Shown piece after piece: positions 51,649 to 57,525 of a stretch of 57,525 nt of DNA. Under the pieces are notes generated by a model. That model had not been told where the DNA came from. It ran no database searches and saw only the letters and a program-made list of their open reading frames with translations. Source of the stretch: Clostridia bacterium (GTDB lineage: Bacteria > Bacillota > Clostridia > TANB77 > CAG-465); the NCBI GenBank assembly GCA_045538335.1, contig JAZSRF010000082.1, forward strand, positions 1-57,525, given 5' to 3'. Each line of letters begins with the position of its first letter. The stretch's first letter is position 1. The translations under genes and the position numbers were made by a program.

Positions 51649-53490
51649 TTACTCTACCGTTACAGACTTAGCTAAATTTCTTGGTTTATCTACATCAAGA
51701 CCTTTGTTTTTAGCTATATAATAACTTAATAATTGCAAAGGAATTATCGCAAGAGTGGGTGAAATTAAAGGATTTACCCTAGGTATATTTACAATATAGT
51801 CATAATTATTGTTTGGTAACTTTTGATTAGATATAATTAAAGTGTTTGCTCCTCTTGTTATAACTTCTTGTACATTACTTACACACTTTTCAACAAGTTT
51901 TTCATCTGTCATAACGCATATTACAGTTACACCGTTTTCTATTAGTGCTATTGGTCCATGTTTTAACTCTCCAGCAGCATAAGCTTCGGAATGTATATAT
52001 GATATCTCTTTAAGTTTCAAAGAACCTTCTTGAGATGTAAAATAATCTACTCCTCTACCTAAAAAGAACATATCTTTTTGAGTGTATACCTTTTTAGCAA
52101 ATTCTTTTATTTCTAGAACGTTATCTAGCACTGCTTCTATTTTAGCTGGTAAATCTAGGATTTCCTGTTTCAATTCATTAAGCAATTTTATATCACAAAC
52201 TTCTAAAATCTCTGCAAAATACAGCGAAAGAATACAAACTAGTACAACTTGCGAAGTGTATGCTTTTGTTGAAGCCACTGCAATTTCTGGCCCAGCGTGA
52301 GTATATATTGTATAATCCGCTTCCCTTGTTATTGTACTTCCAATTACATTAGAAATAGCTAAAGTCTTAGCACCTTTTTCCTTAGCTAATTTTAGTGCTG
52401 CCAAAGTGTCTGCTGTTTCACCAGACTGACTTATATATATACATAGCGTATTTTCATCTATTAATGGTTCTTTATATCTAAACTCTGATGCTATATCTAC
52501 TTCTGTAGGTATCTTACATATTTTTTCAATTATATTCTTACCCACAAGACCTGCATGCATAGCAGTTCCACACGCAACAATATATATTTTTTTAACACTT
52601 TGTAAATATTCTTTATTAAAATCTAAATCTTCAAATGAGCATTTTTCATTAAGAGGTAGTCTTGAGCTTATTGTTTCTCTTACAGCAGTTGGCTGTTCAA
52701 ATATTTCTTTTAACATATAATCTTCAAAGCCATCTTTTGAAGCAGCATTTGAATTCCAATCTATTATTTTTATTGGTTTATTATGTTCTTTTAAAGTATT
52801 ATCTCTAAATTCAATTTTATCTTTATATATAACAGCAAACTCGTTATCTTCTAAAAAATAAAATTCGTTGGTGTGTTTTAATATTGCAGGTATATCTGAA
52901 GCAATATAGTTTTCATTAATTCCTTTGCCGACAACTAAAGGACTATCTTTTCTAACCACTACAATTCTATCCGGATGTAATTCTGAAATAACTTCTATAG
53001 CATAACTACCTATTAAATCATCTGCAGCAGATTTTATAGCTCGTAGATACCTGTCCTCTCCATTATCTACCCCATTATTGTAATAATAGTGTATTAAATT
53101 AGGTATCACTTCTGTGTCTGTTTCAGAAATAAAAGTATATCCTTTTTGAAATAAAAAGTTTTTCAAATTGCTATAGTTTTCAATAATTCCGTTATGAACA
53201 ACTGTAAACATTTTATATGAATCTTGATGCGGATGTGAATTTTCACAAGAAGGCTTGCCGTGAGTTGCCCATCTTGTATGTGCGATTCCAACTGTTCCTT
53301 CTAAATTATCTACTCCTTCTAATACATACAAATTATTAACTCTTCCTTTATCTTTCTTTACAACAACTCCACATTCCTCTATTGTAGCGATTCCTGCTGA
53401 ATCGTAGCCCCTATACTCCAAATTTAAAAGTCCTTCTATAAGTATATTTTTTGCTTTTTTGTCCCCTATATATCCAACTATTCCACACAT
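51649..53490 (-). CDS. glmS: Glutamine--fructose-6-phosphate aminotransferase
   Basis: N-terminal MCGIVGY glutaminase domain plus two SIS domains. C-terminal KSVTVE. Confidence 0.97.
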   Translation of the reverse strand: MCGIVGYIGDKKAKNILIEGLLNLEYRGYDSAGIATIEECGVVVKKDKGRVNNLYVLEGVDNLEGTVGIAHTRWATHGKPSCENSHPHQDSYKMFTVVHNGIIENYSNLKNFLFQKGYTFISETDTEVIPNLIHYYYNNGVDNGEDRYLRAIKSAADDLIGSYAIEVISELHPDRIVVVRKDSPLVVGKGINENYIASDIPAILKHTNEFYFLEDNEFAVIYKDKIEFRDNTLKEHNKPIKIIDWNSNAASKDGFEDYMLKEIFEQPTAVRETISSRLPLNEKCSFEDLDFNKEYLQSVKKIYIVACGTAMHAGLVGKNIIEKICKIPTEVDIASEFRYKEPLIDENTLCIYISQSGETADTLAALKLAKEKGAKTLAISNVIGSTITREADYTIYTHAGPEIAVASTKAYTSQVVLVCILSLYFAEILEVCDIKLLNELKQEILDLPAKIEAVLDNVLEIKEFAKKVYTQKDMFFLGRGVDYFTSQEGSLKLKEISYIHSEAYAAGELKHGPIALIENGVTVICVMTDEKLVEKCVSNVQEVITRGANTLIISNQKLPNNNYDYIVNIPRVNPLISPTLAIIPLQLLSYYIAKNKGLDVDKPRNLAKSVTVE

Positions 53491-53617
53491 ATATTATTCC
53501 TCCTTTACTATATTATATATTGTGATTTTATCTATTATTATTTTTATATTCCAAACTAATTCCAATGTCGAATTCGTTCTATTAATGTAATTTCCAGCAA
53601 CATACATTTACATAAAC

Positions 53618-53646
53618 TTGACATTTTGCCAATGTTTTGTTATAAT
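53618..53646 (+). promoter_or_regulatory. Perfect consensus promoter for the 53718 orphan
   Basis: TTGACA(53618..53623)-17 nt-TATAAT(53641..53646). Confidence 0.6.
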
Positions 53647-53717
53647 AATCTTTGTATTATTTTTTATGCAGCCATTTAATAATTTAGCTGTAAAACAAAT
53701 TACAATTGGAGGTTTTT

Positions 53718-54116
53718 ATGAACAATACTGTTGCTTCCCGCCGCACCAGACTAACCGATGGAAACGTAACTCGCATCCTCAATAGGTGTATTATTCCTGA
53801 AGAAGTACCTGTTGTAGGATATGCCACTGTAGAAGTCGAAGGAATCCACAAAGACTTTGTCTTTAACAGCAGCATCTTAGATTCCGAACGTCAACATATT
53901 GAAGATATGTTGAAACAACTTCCCAAAGGTTTTAAACAAGGCTGGTCATTCAGCGATATGTGTCATACCAAAACCGGCCGCATGTGGACTGGTAATATTA
54001 AGAATATGGAAGCACTTATGGTTCTTGGCGCTGCTATCGGAAAGGTAAAATATCCTGTACCCAAGAGCCTTTGGTGGTCTCTTCCTGGCGGAATGCCATA
54101 TGTAGTTGTAAAGTAA
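53718..54116 (+). CDS. Hypothetical protein, 132 aa, GC-richer orphan
   Basis: GGAGG-N5-ATG at 53718. No motif recognised. Confidence 0.5.
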   Translation: MNNTVASRRTRLTDGNVTRILNRCIIPEEVPVVGYATVEVEGIHKDFVFNSSILDSERQHIEDMLKQLPKGFKQGWSFSDMCHTKTGRMWTGNIKNMEALMVLGAAIGKVKYPVPKSLWWSLPGGMPYVVVK

Positions 54117-54132
54117 CTATCTATTAAACAAA

Positions 54133-54167
54133 TTCCCTGAATATATTGATTCAGGGAGTTTTGTTTG
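54133..54167 (+). terminator. Terminator after the 53718 orphan
   Basis: TTCCCTGAA/TTCAGGGAG stem followed by TTTTGTTT. Confidence 0.6.
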
Positions 54168-54171
54168 ATAT

Positions 54172-54807
54172 TTATTTTTCAGTTAAAAGATAATTAGTTA
54201 GTAACAATTCATTACTTTCCCCGTCTATAGCTATAGCATTTATTCCAGTATTATTTTCTGTTAGCTCGTCATTTGTTATTTGTCTAACATCTATAATTTT
54301 AGCTAATCCTTCAATTTTTGCAAATGCAAAGTTGCCACTAGTTATTATTGCTTCCTTTTCTTGTTTGTATAAAGTTCCATCTACGTCTAATAATACAATA
54401 TATTTTTTAGCCACTTTGCCATTTGATGCCTCAACTTCATAAGCCCTAATAATATTTGTTAATTCCATTTTCTTTTCTTTGTTTAGATTCTCTTTATATA
54501 TATTTACTTGTTCATTTGTTTTACTATCTGTTATTGTCATTCCAACAGTTCCATCTTTATATACAATTACGTCTAAATTTTCTGTACTTAATTTAATGTT
54601 ATATATTCTTTTTGCTAAATCGTATGCTATTTCTTTTTTTACTTGCACATCATTCTTTTGTGTCTCATTGTATATATCAACCATTTGTGCTGGCCTTTTA
54701 GCAAACCAATCTAAGTCTAAAACATAATATATGGCTATTCCTACACCAAACAATAGTATTATTACTATTAGCACAAGTAACAGCGTTGTGTAATTACTTC
54801 TTCTCAT
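54172..54807 (-). CDS. Hypothetical membrane-anchored protein, 211 aa
   Basis: N-terminal TM (TTLLLVLIVIILLFGVGIAIYYV) followed by a soluble domain. GAGGAGG SD. Confidence 0.5.
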   Translation of the reverse strand: MRRSNYTTLLLVLIVIILLFGVGIAIYYVLDLDWFAKRPAQMVDIYNETQKNDVQVKKEIAYDLAKRIYNIKLSTENLDVIVYKDGTVGMTITDSKTNEQVNIYKENLNKEKKMELTNIIRAYEVEASNGKVAKKYIVLLDVDGTLYKQEKEAIITSGNFAFAKIEGLAKIIDVRQITNDELTENNTGINAIAIDGESNELLLTNYLLTEK

Positions 54808-54943
54808 ATATATCCTCCTCTTTATTGCTATTAAGTTTCAATTTTACTATATCTTATTACAAATATTATTATTTTGCAAGTAAATTGAAAAAATATAAAA
54901 AATGAAAGTCAATATTTTTATTAACTTTCACGTTTTGTTTTAT

Positions 54944-55816
54944 TTATTCATTTTCAATTAAATACCTCTTAAGAATACCATCTTTAATTTGTCCTAGTCC
55001 TCTGTATTTATTATTCTCATATACTTTAACTAGTTTGTCCTGTTCGTTATATTCTAATTTTACACCATTAACAAATTTTGTATATTCTATTTCATCCATA
55101 TTTATTCTTTTTAAATCTGTGTAATAATCATCTATGGTGATTATTCTTTTTTTCATTTCTTCAAAATTAAGCTTTAAAAAATCATATAGTGGAATACTAT
55201 CTTTTATATCGAAGTTACCATTTTTAAGTCTTATTAATTCTACCATAGTTGCACCACAACCAAGTTTTTTACCAATATCATTTACAAGACTGCGTACATA
55301 AGTACCTTTTGTACAATATACATCAAAAGATACTTCGCGTTTTCTTAAATCTACAGCTATGTTGTTTATATCATAAATTTCTATTGTTCTAGGTTTAAGC
55401 TCTACTTCCTTACCTTCCCTTGCATATTGATAAGCTCTTTTACCTTCAACTTTTATAGCACTATATTGTGGTGGAGTTTGTTCTTGCACCCCAATAAATC
55501 TTTTTATTCTTTCACGTATATATATTTCATCTTTGTTAACAACCGAAGCATAAACTATTTTACCTGTTATATCATAGGTATTAGTTTCTACTCCAAGTAA
55601 CATTTTTACTCTATATGCTTTATTTTCAGCAGTTAAATTATCTGATAATTTTGTTGCATCTCCTATAAGTATAGGTAAAACTCCTGTAGCTACTGGGTCA
55701 AGTGTTCCAGTATGTCCTACTTTTGAACCAATAAAAAGTTTTTTTATAACATCAACAACATCATAAGATGTAATTCCTGCTGGTTTGTCTATATTAAGTA
55801 TTCCTGTTATTCTCAC
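54944..55816 (-). CDS. truB: tRNA pseudouridine(55) synthase
   Basis: NIDKPAGITSYDVV, GHTGTLDPVATGVL, PPQYSAIKV. Confidence 0.93.
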   Translation of the reverse strand: MRITGILNIDKPAGITSYDVVDVIKKLFIGSKVGHTGTLDPVATGVLPILIGDATKLSDNLTAENKAYRVKMLLGVETNTYDITGKIVYASVVNKDEIYIRERIKRFIGVQEQTPPQYSAIKVEGKRAYQYAREGKEVELKPRTIEIYDINNIAVDLRKREVSFDVYCTKGTYVRSLVNDIGKKLGCGATMVELIRLKNGNFDIKDSIPLYDFLKLNFEEMKKRIITIDDYYTDLKRINMDEIEYTKFVNGVKLEYNEQDKLVKVYENNKYRGLGQIKDGILKRYLIENE

Positions 55817-56768
55817 TTTCCAACAACCTTTCTAGTATTTTAATAAGCTTAATTTTTGTTTCATTTATATCTTTTGTCATAAAACCAGCTGCTCTTTTGT
55901 GGCCACCACCACCAAATTCAGCCGAAAGTTCCGAAGCATCTATAGGTTCTCCTGCGCGAACACTTACTTTGTATTCGCCGTCTCTCAAAGCTCTAAAATA
56001 TACTGCTACTATTGTCCCCTCAATTCCTCTTAAATAGTTTACCATATTTTCAGCATCTTGTTCTTTTGCATTAAATTGTTCCAATGTAATTTTATCTATA
56101 GTCCCAAATCTAACTTTACCATCAAAGTATGTCTCCATATTATTTATAAGTTTTGCTAACAATTTCATTTTTGTTTCAGAATATGTATGATTTAATATAT
56201 TACAAGTTCTAACGTAGTCTGCACCTGCATCTATCATTTCGCCAGCTATTTTGTGAGTTTTAGAAGTTGTTCTTTGGTAGTTAAAACTACCTGTATCTGT
56301 CATAATTCCCATATATATGTACTCTGCTATATTTCTTGAAATAGTATGATTCATATATTTTATAAAATCATATATTATCTCACAATTTGCAGGTGCCTCT
56401 GTATCTACAAATTTACTATCTGCTTCAATTGTATTATTCATATGATGATCAATTACGACAACATTTTTAGCTTTAGATTTATCCTCTGGGATTATATTTA
56501 ATCTTTCTACACTCGAAGTATCCAAACATATTAAAAGGTCATATTGTTCTATATCAACGTTTTCTACTTTCTCATCAATACTTGGCAAGAAATTAAACGT
56601 GTTTTGTAAATTAGGCAAAACCATATACACTTGTTTTCCCATTTCTTTTAGCATATGGTACATTGCACCGACACTACCTACAGCATCGCCATCTGCATGT
56701 ATATGTGATGTAAGCACTATAGTGTTAGCTTTATTTATATATCCTTTTATTTGTTCAAAAACTTCCAT
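55794..56768 (-). CDS. nrnA: DHH/DHHA1 phosphoesterase (NrnA-type oligoribonuclease/pAp phosphatase)
   Basis: HIHADGDAVGS, DHH (VIDHHMNN), GGGHKRAAG. Confidence 0.85.
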   Translation of the reverse strand: MEVFEQIKGYINKANTIVLTSHIHADGDAVGSVGAMYHMLKEMGKQVYMVLPNLQNTFNFLPSIDEKVENVDIEQYDLLICLDTSSVERLNIIPEDKSKAKNVVVIDHHMNNTIEADSKFVDTEAPANCEIIYDFIKYMNHTISRNIAEYIYMGIMTDTGSFNYQRTTSKTHKIAGEMIDAGADYVRTCNILNHTYSETKMKLLAKLINNMETYFDGKVRFGTIDKITLEQFNAKEQDAENMVNYLRGIEGTIVAVYFRALRDGEYKVSVRAGEPIDASELSAEFGGGGHKRAAGFMTKDINETKIKLIKILERLLESENNRNT

Positions 56769-56787
56769 ATATTCCCCCTGAGTTTAT

Positions 56788-57132
56788 TTATTCTTCACTT
56801 TTTATATCTAAATTATCTATAAGCTTATCCATTTTTTCGCCGTACTCCATTGAATCATCTAGCTCAAAAACTATATCTGGTATACTTCTTGCTTTAAGCA
56901 TAGAAGCCAAATTCTTTCTTACAAAACCAGAAGCATTCTTAAGTTTTTCGAAAGTTTGGTGAGTATATTTTGTACCAAATATACTCACATATACTTTAGA
57001 ATATCTTAAATCTTTTGTTGTTTTTACTCCTGTTACCGTAATAATACCAGTGCTTGTAAACTTAGATATATTTTCTCTTAAGATTTTGTCTATATAGTAT
57101 TTAATATCTTCATCTATTCTTTCTGTACGCAT
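56788..57132 (-). CDS. rbfA: 30S ribosome-binding factor RbfA
   Basis: 114 aa. VTGVKTTKDLRYSKVYVS and RSIPDIVFELD patterns. Position between infB and nrnA/truB. Confidence 0.9.
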   Translation of the reverse strand: MRTERIDEDIKYYIDKILRENISKFTSTGIITVTGVKTTKDLRYSKVYVSIFGTKYTHQTFEKLKNASGFVRKNLASMLKARSIPDIVFELDDSMEYGEKMDKLIDNLDIKSEE

Positions 57133-57134
57133 TA

Positions 57135-57525
57135 TTATTTCTCCTCAACTAGTTCGTAACATTCTAGGATATCTCCTTCTTTTACGTCACTGAACTTCTC
57201 AAGTTTAACGCCACATTCATATCCTTCTGCTACTTCTTTTACATCATCTTTTTCACGTTTTAGTGATTCAAGTTTAGTTTCCACTAGTACTTCGCCATTT
57301 CTTGAAAGTCTAACCATAGCATTTCTTGCAAGCTTACCTTTTGTTACATAGCTTCCTGCAATTACACCAGCACCAGTAATTTTGAATACGTGTCTTACCT
57401 CTGCTGTACCTAGTGGTGATTCAATGTATTTAACTTTGTGTAGTCCCTTCATCGCTGCTTCTACATCTTCTATAGCATCGTAAATTACTTTGTATAATCT
57501 TAAGTCTACTTTTTCTTTATCTGCC
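57135..57525 (-). CDS. infB: Translation initiation factor IF-2, C-terminal part (5' end lies outside the window)
   Basis: The frame is open to the window edge. LYKVIYDAIEDVEAAMKGL...AEVRHVFKITGAGVIAGSYV...GYECGVKLEKFSDVKEGDILE is the IF-2 C2 domain. Confidence 0.92.
   Translation of the reverse strand, partial: ADKEKVDLRLYKVIYDAIEDVEAAMKGLHKVKYIESPLGTAEVRHVFKITGAGVIAGSYVTKGKLARNAMVRLSRNGEVLVETKLESLKREKDDVKEVAEGYECGVKLEKFSDVKEGDILECYELVEEK

Noticed and set aside
1-57525. A reverse transcriptase or template repeat to complete a DGR.
   Set aside because: No ORF in the six-frame track shows RT motifs (YxDD and others). I could not find a second copy of the GC-rich 7025..7175 sequence by eye. 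It must be searched genome-wide.

Overview
Chromosomal segment of a very AT-rich, endospore-forming Firmicute, Clostridia-like (spoIVB, spoVB-like, spoVD/spoVE-type division genes and splB are present). Most genes lie on the minus strand. Housekeeping blocks are: mtnN, spoIVB and recG (left); uppS, trmL and pnp; a P-type metal ATPase; tRNA-Leu(UAG) and glgP; an uncharacterised ABC system; rmuC, splB and clpC; a dcw cluster (mraZ-rsmH-ftsL-pbp-murE-mraY-ftsW-murG-ftsQ-DUF881-sbp); glmS; and truB-nrnA-rbfA-infB at the right edge. Between these blocks sit GC-richer orphan genes, each a self-contained promoter-gene-terminator cassette. I found no CRISPR array, rRNA, IS element or prophage block. 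The most unusual content is at 1..10.9 kb. (1) A ~130-nt intergenic element occurs twice (70..198 and 8581..8708). Read on the minus strand, each copy has an SD, a mini-ORF running through a (CA)n tract (n=12 and n=10), and an intrinsic terminator. In copy 2 the terminator directly abuts the RBS of a 493-aa surface protein gene. Repeat number sets the mini-ORF frame, and only n = 2 mod 3 keeps it open up to the terminator. This suggests a slipped-strand-controlled leader-peptide attenuator. (2) That 493-aa protein has a pilin-like N-terminus and an FGE-sulfatase/C-type-lectin fold. Its last ~40 codons look like a diversity-generating-retroelement variable region (RGG-x11-SNR-x12-GFR, a run of NNY codons, a local GC spike). 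No RT, TR or Avd is present in the window. (3) Next to it is a soluble fusion of Clp N-domain, Clp-type AAA+ D1 and an FtsH-type M41 protease. Other items are tandem Cys-rich paralogs, a 3-gene orphan cluster, a ~22-bp phased repeat array in an unusually long mraZ-rsmH spacer, a clear Pmra promoter with three MraZ-type boxes, and an AT-rich glmS leader with no recognisable glmS ribozyme core. All functional calls come from reading the translated ORFs and the DNA by eye. No database search was run.
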